From Azolla caroliniana (lineage: Eukaryota > Plantae > Polypodiophyta): DNA of 64,000 nt. Positions 35,643-48,295 of the stretch are shown one piece after another. Where the stretch lies: contig JBHGNT010000004.1 in assembly GCA_043228905.1 (NCBI GenBank), positions 20,336,001 through 20,400,000 of the forward strand. The letters run 5' to 3'. Every line of letters begins with the position of its first letter. Positions within the stretch are counted from its first letter, which is position 1. The position numbers were made by a program, and so were the translations under genes. Below the pieces are notes generated by a model. That model was not told the DNA's origin. It did no database searches and saw only the letters and a program-made list of their open reading frames with translations.

Positions 35643-36852
35643 ATTATGTCGCGAAGTTTCGCGCATGCGTGTAGGAGGAGGCGGGACCACGAGGGTCTTG
35701 GACCAAGGAGAGAGTGAGAGAGAAAGAGATAGTTGTAGACACACAAAAAGAAAATAAGATCAAGAAATAGGAATCTGATTACTATAATCAGTACCTTACA
35801 ACTCGAACGGTTACAACCGGCAAACCGGTAATGGACCTGACACATGGTCCTACTCACGCACACAGACGACAACCACTCGACTCAAAGAAACAAAAAGGGG
35901 GGGGAGAGCCTCTGCTGGAAGCACATGGGTTGTCCACGAAGCAGAGGCAGCGAACTCCCGACATCCACAGAGAACGACGATCGGAGGAGAGAGAGCTCGG
36001 CCCTCGGTTTTGCAGCAGCACTTCGTCCTCGCCAACGCGCGATACCCTTTCTTCCTTCTCTCCCTCCTTAAATAGTTCGCAAAGGGGAGACCATTCTTCC
36101 CTAGTCAAATCGCTTTATTCCCTATCCCTTTCGATAGAGATACGCACCAATCCTCTAATAAATATGTACTACCTAGTATTTACATCAGCCGACCTAATTA
36201 TGAATTATGTCCAAAATATCAATTCTCGCGTCCACCTATGTAAGAGCCAGTTCATGCGCCTTTCTCTCCGATTCCGCCTATGGCCGGTTTTCTTCACGAC
36301 AACGATGTGTGAAAAAGTGTGTGAGCACACTTTATTGTAATCCGTGTAGTTGTCAAGTGTTAGTGTGGTCAAAGAATATTAAATATTCTTATGACAAAAT
36401 CGTACTCAAGTGGATATCTTGGTTAGATTCCACCAACACATTTAATAGGGCAATCCCTTGACTTGTATATAAAACCCCCTTTGGCCATTTAGTTTAGTTG
36501 ATGATCTTTAGATAATTAATATAGCTCTCTTAAGTGCATAAGTTGTCATCCCCCTACTGTGTGTTTTCTTATTTTTCTGGTTATTCTCTGTAATTCCTTC
36601 TCTTGCTTATACATTCACTATCTCTCTCTCTCTCACACACACACACTACGCTTCTGAATACTAAACTCTAATTGAGTTAGATTCTTTACATGGTATCAGA
36701 GCGTGAGGGTTAGAGATCCTTCACTGAGCTCTACCATTGAAATTGTGTGAGTAGCTAGAGATGTTGTTTTAAGACCCGCTATCATCGCTGCAGTTTTGCA
36801 CAGCAAGAGGCTCACGTTAACAGGATCATACGAATCAAGCTATATCTGAAAA

Positions 36853-39800
36853 ATGAATGCACAGATGGGTAGCGCACTTCCAACAGAGAAGTTGGACAAA
36901 CACAACTACGCAACTTGGGAATATAAGATGCATCAATACCTAGTTGGGCAAGAAACAACCCCCGATAGTACCAATCCCAACTACCCCACATGGCAACAAG
37001 GCGCCAGTAGGGTGATGTATTGTTTGGCAACATGTGTGCAAGATCACATGTTAAGTTATATTCGTGATGTGAAATTCCCAACATGTGTGCAAGATCACAT
37101 GTTAATCTATATTCGTGATGCGCATGTTTATTCTTGATGCGACTGAGGTGAACACAACAATGTATGCAAAGGGACTCAAGGCGGAGTCTGATATTGAGTT
37201 GTGGCACAAAAGGGTTGGCCAGGTAAACCTCGGTAAACTCCGATCAATGCAAACAAAAGAGGTTGTGCACGGATTGCCACAATTTACTTCAAAACATACT
37301 GATAATGTATGTGAGGCATGCCAACTAGGCAAGCAACATAGGCATCCATTCCTAAGCGAAAGAAATGTGAGTAAAGGCTTGTTGGACGTCATCCACTCAG
37401 ATGTATGGGGCCCAACTCAAACAACGACAATTGGTGGGTGTAGGTACTTCGTTACCTTCATTGACAATTATTCGCGGCATGCCCGATGAAGTCGAAAAAT
37501 GAGGTCTTCTCCCACTTTCTCAAGTTAAAGAATTGCGTGGAAAATGAGACAAATCGCAAGATTCGATGCTTACAATCTGATGGTGGCCAAGAATACTTCT
37601 CAACTGAGTTCAAGGCCTTTCTAGAAGAAAAGGGGATTCACCGGGAATTCTCTTGCTGGTACACACCACAACAAAATGGTGTTGCTGAGTGGAAGAATCG
37701 CACAATTCTTGAGATGGCCCGCACCATGATGCATGAGAAGAACATGCCCAAGATCTATTGGGCAGAGGCAACAATTACGGTTGTGTATCTCATCAATAGG
37801 TGCACGACCGAGGGTGTCCATGACATCACCCCTCACGAGAAGTATTTTGGGACAAAGCCAGACCTTTCACACTTGAAGGTTTTTGGCAGCATTGCATTTG
37901 TGCATATACCCGATGAGAAGCGTAGAAAGCTTGACCCAAAATCGGAGAAGATGATCTTTGTCGGTTACTCACTTGAGCAAAAGGGTTACAAGTGTTTTAA
38001 TCCCATCACTTGACAATCACGAGTAAGCCGAGATGTGGTATTTGATGAGGTGACATCATGGTATGGCCCAACATCAGTGACCCCCACCGTGCTTGAAACA
38101 AGAAGATCTAGAGCAGATTCTCAGAGTGAAGAAGAAGGGATGCTAACGACCATTATGGGTGGAGAACAAGCAAAGAGTCTGCCCACACTCCAATTGATTG
38201 GACATGAGGTGTCATCCAGCAATCAGAGTCTTGCACAACATGAAGAAACCTCTGATGTGTTGTCACCTTGGTGCTACACCCGTAGAAAGAAAAAAAGGGC
38301 AAGATGCCTGAGCAAGAGGCCAAGGACATGACATCCAGTGAAGACTCAGATCATTCACCCCGATCAGTCCACAACAAGTATGAAATGAAGAAGGCCCCAG
38401 AAATGACGAAAGGAAAACTCTGTCAATCGAACTGAAAAAAGAGCCCGATAGTTAGGTTCGGGTACAATGAGTACATGGCCCACCACTATGCATTCATGAT
38501 GAAGGTCACAACAAACCAAGAACCCGAGACTTACAAAGAAGCTGCCCAAGATCCCTAGTGGATCGAGACAATGAGGGAGGAGATGCACGTGTTGTTTGAC
38601 AACGATATTTGGGATTTAGTCCCATCCTCTGAAATCAAGAAAAAACCAATTGGTTGTCGTTGGGTTTTCAAGATAAAGCATAATACGGATGGCACGGTCA
38701 ATCGGTTCAAGGCTCGGCTAGTCACCAAAGGGTATGGTCAAACCCATGGCATAGACTATGCGGAGACATTTGCCTCGGTGGCAAAAATGACCATTGTGAG
38801 GACGGTAATTGCACTCGCAGCAGCGAAAGGATGGCACTTGCATCAAATGGATGTGAAGAACGCATTCCTCCAAGGTGAGCTCGAGGAGGAAGTTTACATG
38901 ATGCAACCACCTGGCTTTGAATCAAACAAACATCCACATGCAGTTTGCCGATTGAAGAAGCTGCTCTATGGACTGAAGCAAGCCCCAAGAGCATGGCATT
39001 CAAAGATCAGATCATATCTTCACGACATTGGCTTCCGGATGTCAAAATCTAATAACTCGTTGTATGTTCAGAATAATCCCAAAAGCCCCATCTTCTAATC
39101 TTGTATGTCGATGAACTTGTCATCGGTGGAGAAAGCCTCACCGAGACACAAAAGATTAAAAAGCTAAATTTGTAGAAGTTCGAGATGAAGGATCTGAATG
39201 ACTTTCATTATTTTCTTGGCATCAAGGTCATTCAAACTTCAGAAGGGTTCCTACTCTCACAACGACACTATGTGTTGAACTTGCCCTACAAGTTCGGAAT
39301 GACCGAGTGTAAGTCCATCTCGACACCCCTTAATTGAAATATGAAGCTAATAGCAAATTCTGGAAAATTCTGTGAGCCAACACAATATCGCCAAATAATT
39401 GGGAGTCTTATCTACTTAACTATCACCTGACCAGACCTCAACTATCCGGTCGAGGTTCTTAGCCAGTTCATTGAAACCCCCCGCGACACTCACATGGATT
39501 GTGCTAAGAGAGTGTTACGTTATATTAGTAGAACACTTGATTATGGTATCTTTTATAAACGTGGAGCGCCACTTCGACTCAAAGGCTTCACGGATGTTGA
39601 TTGGGTGGGCAATGCATCTGATAGGCGATTCATTTCGGGATTTATGTTTTCACTCGGTAGTGGAGCAATCTCTTGGAGCAGCAAGAAACAACCAACAGTC
39701 GCTCTATCGAGCATTGAGGCAGAGTATAGGGCTGCAATTGTAGCTGCTTGCGAAGCTGTATGGCTTAAAAGACTGCTGAAAGACTTCAACAAATTGGTGA

Positions 39801-40144
39801 ACAAGCCAATATTGATCCACTGCGATAATCTCAACAACATCCAGCTTGCAAAGAATCTGGTGTTTCACGCCCGGACTAAGCACATCGAGGTGCACTATCA
39901 TTACATCCGTGAGCGCATATTAGCCGGTGACATTGACCTCCAATACGTTGGCACCAACATGCAAGTGGCTGATATTTTCAATAAGGCGTTAGGTCTCGAC
40001 AAGCTACGACAATTCTCAGTGGATCTAGGCCTTAGACCACTCGATATGTTGAGTTTGGGGGAGAGTACAAGTACAAAGACAAAGGAAAACATGGAGAATC
40101 AACACCATACAAGAGGAAGAGTGAGACCAACATCAGCAAAGTAA
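36853..40144 (+). pseudogene. Copia gag-pol remnant: truncated gag, GAG-pre-integrase, integrase, RT, RNase H; most of gag and the protease deleted
   Basis: 'EKLDKHNYATWEYKM', 'LWHKRVGQVN...CEACQLGKQHR', 'IHSDVWGP', 'LQSDGGQEY', 'TPQQNGVAEWKNRT', 'RFKARLV', 'HQMDVKNAFLQGEL', 'LYGLKQAPRAW', 'ISWSSKKQPTVALSS.EAEY', 'FHARTKHIEVHYHYIRE'; several stops and frameshifts. Confidence 0.93.
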
Positions 40145-40743
40145 GGCCGTCACATCTAATCTGACTTGACCCGGCAAGTTAGAGGAAGACTTTCCAAAGC
40201 CTGGAGTTTTTTAAGCTTGAAATTTTGGATTGGCAAGATTGACATTGCTAGATCAAGATCGAGTATATAGGAACAATGGGAAAACCACGGTCTAGTAGTG
40301 CGACCAACTGCAGTTGAGTCTTTAACTACACCAAGATAACCAAGCTTAAGAGGACACACTATTGACCTTGAGGGGGCATGTTGAGAATCAAGCTCAACTT
40401 GTGTGAACATGTGCTTATGAAGAAAAGGTCGATGTGTGAAAAAGTGTGTGAGCACACTTTATTGTAATCCGTGTAGTTGTCGAGTGTTAGTGTGGTCAAA
40501 GAATATTAAATATTCTTATGACAAAATCGTACTCAAGTGGATATCTTGGTTAGATTCCACCAACACATTTAATAGGGCAATCCCTTGAGGACTTGTATAT
40601 AAAACCCCCTTTGGCCATTTAGTTTAGTTGATGATCTTTAGATAATTAATATATCTCTCTTAAGTGCATAAGTTGTCATCCCCCTACTGTGTGTTTTCTT
40701 ATTTTTCTGGTTATTCTCTGTAATTCCTTCTCTTGCTTATACA

Positions 40744-40814
<71 letters not shown>

Positions 40815-43755
40815 CGCTTTTGAATACTAAACTCTACTAGAGTTAGATTCTTTACAAGAAGCCATAGGCAATAAACTATTGAGTGACGAGAGAGGGAGGG
40901 ATAGAGAGGGAGAGGGAGCCTGCATACTGAACCTCCTCCTTGTTGTTATATGCATTCTTTTTATACATATAGGTGAAATTTTAGTTACAAATTCTCTCTT
41001 GAGTTTGACGTAGGACTTGGACGCGGCAAGCTCGACCTGAAGGTGGTCGAGGGATGGGCAATAATAATAGAGAATAAACATATTGAGGTCCGGAAAGGGT
41101 CAGGCGATAGCAATCTACAAAGGAAGATGAAGATGGGGGTGGAGGGGGCATGTCAAGTTTGGAGAAGGATGGGGATGGGGAGCATGCCAATCGGGTGGGA
41201 GTTACGAGGAGAATAAGAGTAGAAGTGGTAATGTTTTTTGGGTTTCTTCACACCTCTAAATCTTTTTTGTCCCAAACTGGCTCACAAACCGGTTCCTAAA
41301 CCGCTTCACAAACTGGTTCCTAAACCTGTTTAGGCCAAACCGGTTTAGGGATCAATTTGGTTTGGTATGGTTCAAGTTTGAGAACCCCAAAACGGTTTAG
41401 GCTTAACTGGTTTGGTTTGGATAAGGCCAAACAGGCTAAGCCTAAAGCAAACAGTTGCGGATTCCTAATGGCATCCATGAGCAAATTTTCAATTGGCATC
41501 TCTAATGAGAAAGATATAGATTGGCATATTGTAATTGTAATGGCCTTCATAATGATCATGCATGTTTGCTTCATGGTTCAACGAGTGGATATGCAAAAAT
41601 TATTGTTTGCGTAGTGCTTGGTAAACTGCAAGTTCCTCATTCATGTAAAGGCCACACCCACGTTTTCTCTTCTCAATGACGAAACATGCACATGAAAATG
41701 CTTCGAGACACATCGCACCAATTTTCGATTATTACAGAACAATTTTGTCGACGGATTTTAATGATTATATCACTGTTTTTTTGTGAATGGAAGGATGATT
41801 TAAGGAGATGATAGACAAAAAGTAAGATTTTTGGTTGCACATATGTCAGAAAGATGGATGAGGCAAAATTATGTTTGAGTATTCTACAAGCCCAAAATGC
41901 TCATAGTAGTACATTATGAATATGCAAATGTATTGGGAATTACTATATGTGCAAATGTTTATGCATACATACTAATCATGTGAATAGATCATATGCATAC
42001 ATCCCTATCTACATATGAGACGTAAATGACCTTTATATTCTAAATATTACAATGGATGTAGTTTGGACCTCCCAATAAGAGGATGAAGGATGGAACTACC
42101 ACACACCATGCGGTGTTATACATTGACCTTTTGTAAAAACCTCTATAAAGGACCCTTTATGAGCTAACAAGGAGTGTCATTTTAATGATTAGAAATTAGG
42201 GATATTCTATCTCATTAAAACCATGAAATGGATGAGACCAGTTGGAGCTTCCACCCTTAGCTTTCAAGTATTTTTACACATGTACAAAAGAGTGAGGCAT
42301 GTGCATTATCTCAAATATCCCAACTTTGTATTGTGCAATTGATGTATGATAAGGTTTAGTGACGGTAGGAGCTTGACTTTAAGTATTGTAAATGGATCGA
42401 AATAGTTCTTCGTAGGTTTGATAAATAGATTTACATTATGGCACATCGATGTATGTATAGGCTAGGGATACACAATCATAATATGCCAATGCTTATATAG
42501 GTACTCATGTCGGACAAGTGGCAACTCCAGACATGCACTCTCTTTCATCTTTATTATCTCTCTTCCTAGATTCTTCTCTCTCTAAAATCTACAACTCTTT
42601 AAATGCATTCTCTCTCTAAAATCAACAACAATTTAAATGCCTTCTCTCTTCCACTTTTTTTAAAGATATTCCCTCTTATTCCTAATTTATTGTACCAGTT
42701 TAGTAGTACAAGAGTCTCTTAACTACCAAACAACCATTTTACCCACTTTCCCCAATTTTGTATAAATAGGTTATACCAACCTCTTTTATTTTTACTACTA
42801 CTTGCAAACAAGCTCTACTCTTTAGCTATGTCCTTACTCTTTGCAACCATTTTTTGGTACACTACTGTCTAACAACCTTCTCATAACTTGGTTGTGTTTA
42901 TTTTGTTCTAACAATTGTTCCGCTGTTACTATTAACAACTTTTCTCACAACTCAAAGAGCAACATTTTTTACGTCATCTTTGAAAGGAAGGCGAGACTCA
43001 AAATTTAGTTACAATTCCTCATTCTTCAACTATCAATTACTCAATGTAACCATTCCCATGATTAATAGATTAATCACAATATACAATACCCACGAAGGAT
43101 GAAGCACTCGAATGATTAGTGCCCATCACATCTCAGTTATTGACTATATGTACCATTAACTTAACTAGGTCATGAGAATGGACATCATCAATAATCATAA
43201 TGTACAACCTCAAATAGAAATTCAACGCTAAAGACCAACCTCGGAACGAGCAATGTACATGGAGAGACTATATCTATTATATAACCAGTATAGAACTGTA
43301 AACATATGGTATATGTATATAAAGGTATAGAAGTAGTGTGACACACATGCACAACACATTGGTGTATACATCTACTAGCTTGGTGTTGCATTTCTACCAT
43401 GAAAGAGAAACTTAATATGGAATTGGTATTATTTAGTGATACAAATACACATTCATCAAAGATACACTAAGGGAAGTACACATTTTCCGTGCTCCAGCTT
43501 ACTTTAGTGGGACGAAGTAATTAATAAACATTATATAAGGAAAACTAGTTACCTCGATTGCGGCACAATCATTATTCTTCAAGATAGATATCTACAATGT
43601 CTAAGGAATAGTAGAGTGGTGTCATCAAATTTACACGAGTTCTGAGTTTCTAAAATCCTACTAAACTTACTTCAGAATACTTTTGTATTGTGTACTTTGG
43701 AAACCCCATTCTGGTTAGAGAAGCTAGGTAATAATACTTTATATACAGCCTTCCT

Positions 43756-44757
43756 TTATTTGATAGTCACATATCTATTGGTACCATGCTTTGCCCAGTA
43801 GTTCATCAGGTCAATAGGGGCTGTTATATCCACATTATCTGAAGCTAACCTTTGAAGAAGCTTCTGGAATGCTCCTCCACTCATCTTTCTTCCCGGAACT
43901 CGTGAACTGCGCTTCGCTGGATTCATAGGAAGAGGATGCATAGAAAGAAAGTTAGTACAACATGCTGATTGCCAGCCACCTTTACCCCACCTATAACATT
44001 GTTGGTTGGATCCAGTACAAGAGCAATATGGAATAGAACTAGAAGAAATGAGTGATGCATTAAATGATGCTACTGCATTACTATTGCTACTGCTGAGAAT
44101 TCTATCTTTCCATGAATTTTTTGCATCCAATTTGGCTACTTCTACACCATCTTGGTTGGTCCCTTTATGTTGTTTTCGTTTCCTCTTAGCATTTGAACTT
44201 GCACCTTGATCAAGTTTAGCTTTTCTAGAATACAATAATTTTGATTCTACATTTGTATTTGTGCTTGTGATCTTCTTCTTCAGGCTCATCATCAATGGTG
44301 TCGGAGCTTTTCGTTTCTTTAATAATGCTAGCTTCCTGCCATTATACTTGTCTTTGGCTGGTTCAAAAGCTTTTCCACCTTTAGTAGCTGGAATTGCAAC
44401 TTGAATAGGCATTGGTATAGTAGACATGTTGAGCATTTGCATTAGCTTTGAAACTGCCTCGCCATTGTCCTTGCCAGATCTAACTATAGAGAGCGCTGCT
44501 CTTGCAGCATCACGCTCCATCCATGCAGTATTTCTATCAGCATATGCCACATCCCTTTGTATCAAAGCTGAATCTCTTTCTGCAAAGACAGTTCTTTTCT
44601 CAGCTATTGCTATATCACGCTCAGCAATGGCGGCATCTCTTTCAGCTACAACATCCATCAATTTTAGGGCTGGGTGATCCCGAAGAATATCTTTCAAATG
44701 CGAAGGATCAACCTTATCCCATTGATGCACTACATCCAATCTACCAGGATTGTCCAT
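43756..44757 (-). CDS. BPC: BASIC PENTACYSTEINE / BBR GAGA-binding transcription factor, class II type (alanine-zipper coiled coil)
   Basis: N-terminal '[32 protein letters not shown]' zipper; C-terminal '[53 protein letters not shown]...[13 protein letters not shown]'. Probable 5'UTR intron ~44937-47654 (inferred from splice signals). Confidence 0.96.
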   Translation of the reverse strand: MDNPGRLDVVHQWDKVDPSHLKDILRDHPALKLMDVVAERDAAIAERDIAIAEKRTVFAERDSALIQRDVAYADRNTAWMERDAARAALSIVRSGKDNGEAVSKLMQMLNMSTIPMPIQVAIPATKGGKAFEPAKDKYNGRKLALLKKRKAPTPLMMSLKKKITSTNTNVESKLLYSRKAKLDQGASSNAKRKRKQHKGTNQDGVEVAKLDAKNSWKDRILSSSNSNAVASFNASLISSSSIPYCSCTGSNQQCYRWGKGGWQSACCTNFLSMHPLPMNPAKRSSRVPGRKMSGGAFQKLLQRLASDNVDITAPIDLMNYWAKHGTNRYVTIK

Positions 44758-47700
44758 ATCACTTCCTTTTTGTAATACTTATATTACACTGTCCATATCA
44801 TTCATGACAATAAGACAACTGGGTATACATACAAATACCACACAAACAAGAAATTTTGATAGCCCACAACATCCCAATAAGCTCTTTAGAAGTTCAGTGG
44901 CACATAAAAGCCCCCACAGTCTGACTCTTCTATATCCTGCGTATTAAAGTTTCAACATGAGCAGAAATTTTAAATTATACAACTCATGAAAATGTATTCT
45001 GAATTATTTATTTTGGTATCATGATGAAACATTTTCTCACTTATTAAGGTTGCAGAAACAATGTGGCATGCACTATATTGAATTTAGACGGCAAAAACTC
45101 GAGATTCCAAGCATAAACAGTCAAGTAGATACAAAGTCCATGAATTTGGAGTATATCCTCTGCTTTTTTATCACAAGGTTCAAATGAATTAATATTTAGG
45201 TTTCCGCATTGATATTGTAACAAAGATTTCAATCTATAGATGTGGAAGTGAGCTCACGTATCATATGGAGGATCATGGGCATTGGGTATAAAAAAATCAT
45301 ATAGTAAGAGTGCGGTGTCCAACGGAAGTTAAGAAGCCGGTTGACTCCATTATTAGGATGAAATACATACATCCATTTGCTCTGATACTTTTTGGCTATG
45401 CAGAGTTGATTTAGTATTGGTGTTTGCTTTAGTTGCTCAAATTGACCTATTTTTTGGATGACTATAGAGAAGAGTGAGTTTTTTGTTTTCACTTCTTCTT
45501 TTTTAAAACTGCCGGCATTGACGTTTCATAGTATTGCATTTGATTGATGGCAGAGATTACGTATTCTTGCATATTCTAAGCTCAGACTGCAAAGCTTTTA
45601 GATACATTACATATTTTCTGTGAGCATAGTGGCCTAGCAGTTGTGATGGTAAGCATTGTCAAGTCCGAAATTCAGCAGCCACCATTACTATGAATTTGAG
45701 AGCATGTGCAACTTAACCACAACCCAAACATGGGATATTAGAGAAATACTATTTGATGCGCATATGAGGCAAAACTTTGCTGTATGGAACTGCAACAGTA
45801 TTTCAACAAGGTCAGTTAAAGAAATGGAAAAAGTAAAAGGAAAAGTTGTACAGTGCCATTTAGGAGTTAAGAGCACAACCTCTTACTCCATAATGCTTCT
45901 AGAAACTGGAAGGACAATAGAGCCCTTGAAATTGCCTCAACAAGGTCACATGGGAAACCAGATTCTTACCACGGAAAAAACACAATGGCAAATGTCCTTT
46001 ATCCACCTAAGCTACAACATCCAGAAATGGTTTGCAGGATGATGTCCTTAGGAATATTTGGATGTGCATGTAGATGAAAAGAAAGGGACAACAGAATTCA
46101 TATGAGTCAATGCTTTACTCAGCCATATAGGAAATCCTCTGTACAAAATAGATTACAGACCAACAGAGACCTTCAGGACTATTGCAGGTCTTAACACTCA
46201 ATATCGGAAAAACTTACTAATGGTGGCTGGCTGATCTCCAATACACATCTGGACATCCATACCCAAGATTGTGAGACGTGTCACACCCATTGAAAATAGA
46301 AACTGGAGGTTGGCTGAATATTGAGAAGAAAATGAGGATATGTGACCTGTACTGCCTTATCATAGCAAGAAACAGAAGAACAACTATCTTGATTCACAGG
46401 AATTCCTACGAAGTTGTACAACCTTTAAAGAAATCTTGATGAGGACAAAATGATCACTGAGGTCACTAGGTGTGCGCTTCGATTGTCTACTTGACCATAT
46501 GACCAAACTCGTGAAAGATCAAAACAGCAAAACGCCAACAGCAACCTTGGCTTTTCATTTCAGCTTTCACATTTTTATTTTTGTTCTACTATTGTAGAAC
46601 AGTTCTTTGTAATGATTCTTGATCGCATGGGTCATGTTGATCCCACTATGTGCATTATATTGCCTTGTGTCATTATCTTTTTCTTTGTCATTGCAACCTT
46701 CATTAACATCATCAACCCCACCTCTCATGCTACAAATTAATCAAGGGGGATACAAGTAGGGTCTCAATCACAACAGCTGAAATAGATTACAATGGGAATT
46801 ACTAATTTTTCATACACAAAGGCCGTGTCCATCTGAACCATGGCCTAGCCCATATTATTAACAAATCAAGATCATTAACACCAAAGCCTTGCAAGTGTTC
46901 TTACTTTGAAAACATTTCTATATATTTTATCTTTAGAATATGTATTCTAGGTATTTTAAAAAAAAGGTGGAATACTTTTAAAATACTTAGCATACATATT
47001 CTACACGTGTCATATGCTAAATATTTTTAGGGCTATGATTCAGGCATCCATACAAGTTTCCTTGCTTGTGGAGTCGCACTTTAATTGAGAGACATCAAGC
47101 ACTCTGGATATGCTCCTTCCAAGAGAGCCTGATAGCCATCTTCAAGATGACACCTTTCTAGCACTACCTCAAGTATTACGGTGTGGAATATTTGGAAGGG
47201 GCGATGATCTCAGGTACTCGGTGGCATGACACAGTCTACAACAGAGACCTTAGCTACCATATGAAACGAGTTAATCCACACCCTGATGAGCCAGTGGGAT
47301 TCTTCGATAGGGTCTCAAGAAAACAATCCGGTCTCTCTAATTGGAACCATTTCCGCATGCTCTTTGATTTCGTTGTTGGTGACGTTGAATTGACAGTACA
47401 CACCAACTCAATGGTTTCCCGGAAATGATATGGCACGTCACAGTGTTTTACGCTGTATACTTAGCAGGGGTATCTGTAATTTTTTTCATTACTCGGTTCT
47501 TGTATCATCCCTCAGAACTAGTCTAACACGCTGGAAATTTCTGGGCGGGGGACTTTTTTTTTGTGTGTGTAAATTGATACAAAGCCCTGTTTTAGTAGTT
47601 TTAAGAAAGAAAGAGCGGATGATGGAAAGGAGGGAAGGGAAGGAAAAGAAATACCTGGTGCAGGAAGGAAGGCCGAATCGCCATAGCCAGAAGCTTCACT

Positions 47701-47884
47701 CACTTGTCTCTTGACCCTCTCTTTCTCCTTTCTTTCATGTTTCTTTCTCTCTTCCTTTGTGTGTGTGTGTGTACAGTGTGTGTGTGTGTGTCTATTTTCT
47801 TCTGTAAAATAAAAACTCTCTCTCTTTCCATTGGGAAGAAAGCATGGGTTTTTTTCCTCTCTCCAATCAAAGGGACCTACCTAC

Positions 47885-47901
47885 CTATATATGTATATGT
47901 A

Positions 47902-47937
<36 letters not shown>

Positions 47938-48150
47938 TATACATATGCATATGCATGATCATGATCATGGCCATGGCTACCTACTTATCTATATATACAT
48001 ACATATGCATGATCATGGCCCATGCCCATGGTCATGCCCACACCCATGACTTTGCACCATTCAACTGGGTTCCCTTCAGAGCATAGGTCATGCCCATACC
48101 CATGACTTTGCACCCATTCAGTCGGGTTCCCTTCAGAGCATACACTCATA
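47885..48150. repeat. (TACA)n/(TA)n microsatellite, CATG-rich low-complexity tract and two-copy ~60-bp tandem repeat upstream of BPC
   Basis: 'catgccca(c/t)acccatgactttgcacc...ggttcccttcagagcata' at ~48032 and ~48089. Confidence 0.8.
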
Positions 48151-48257
48151 CATATAGCTACGTATAGCAATGTGTCCGCATTGCTTGCATACACTGTGTA
48201 AGAGACCCTAAATGTTCATATATCTATCGCTTATATATTTGGAAATTTCAGAATCCG

Positions 48258-48295
<38 letters not shown>

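Larger units (their letters stand above)
33138..36301 (-). mobile_element. Non-autonomous, internally deleted Ty3/Gypsy-type LTR element inserted in the Copia 5' LTR
   Basis: 655-bp LTRs at 33138-33792 and 35647-36301 (TG...CA); 4-bp TSD ACGA; PBS 35624-35642; PPT-like GGTGGGGGTGGA (minus strand) next to the left LTR; gag-like ORF remnants and an integrase C-terminal GPY/F tail ('KFARR*FGPYMV...TYHLAEL..RLAVPVAGKRIKAFKK'). Confidence 0.92.
33084..40856 (+). mobile_element. Ty1/Copia LTR retrotransposon, defective
   Basis: 5' LTR 33084-36690 (interrupted at 33138-36305), 3' LTR 40379-40856, TG...CA ends, 5-bp TSD AGAAG (33079-33083, 40857-40861), PBS TGGTATCAGAGC (36691-36702, tRNA-iMet), PPT GAGGGGGCA before the 3' LTR; domain order gag-INT-RT-RH. 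Confidence 0.96.
32847..41467. mobile_element. Non-autonomous hAT-like element (~0.84 kb when empty) split by nested LTR retrotransposons
   Basis: TIRs TAGGGATCGGCAA / TTGCGGATTCCTA; perfect 8-bp TSD ATGGCATC (32839-32846, 41468-41475); AAACCG/CGGTTT-type subterminal motifs at 32865-33000 and 41270-41450. Confidence 0.88.
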
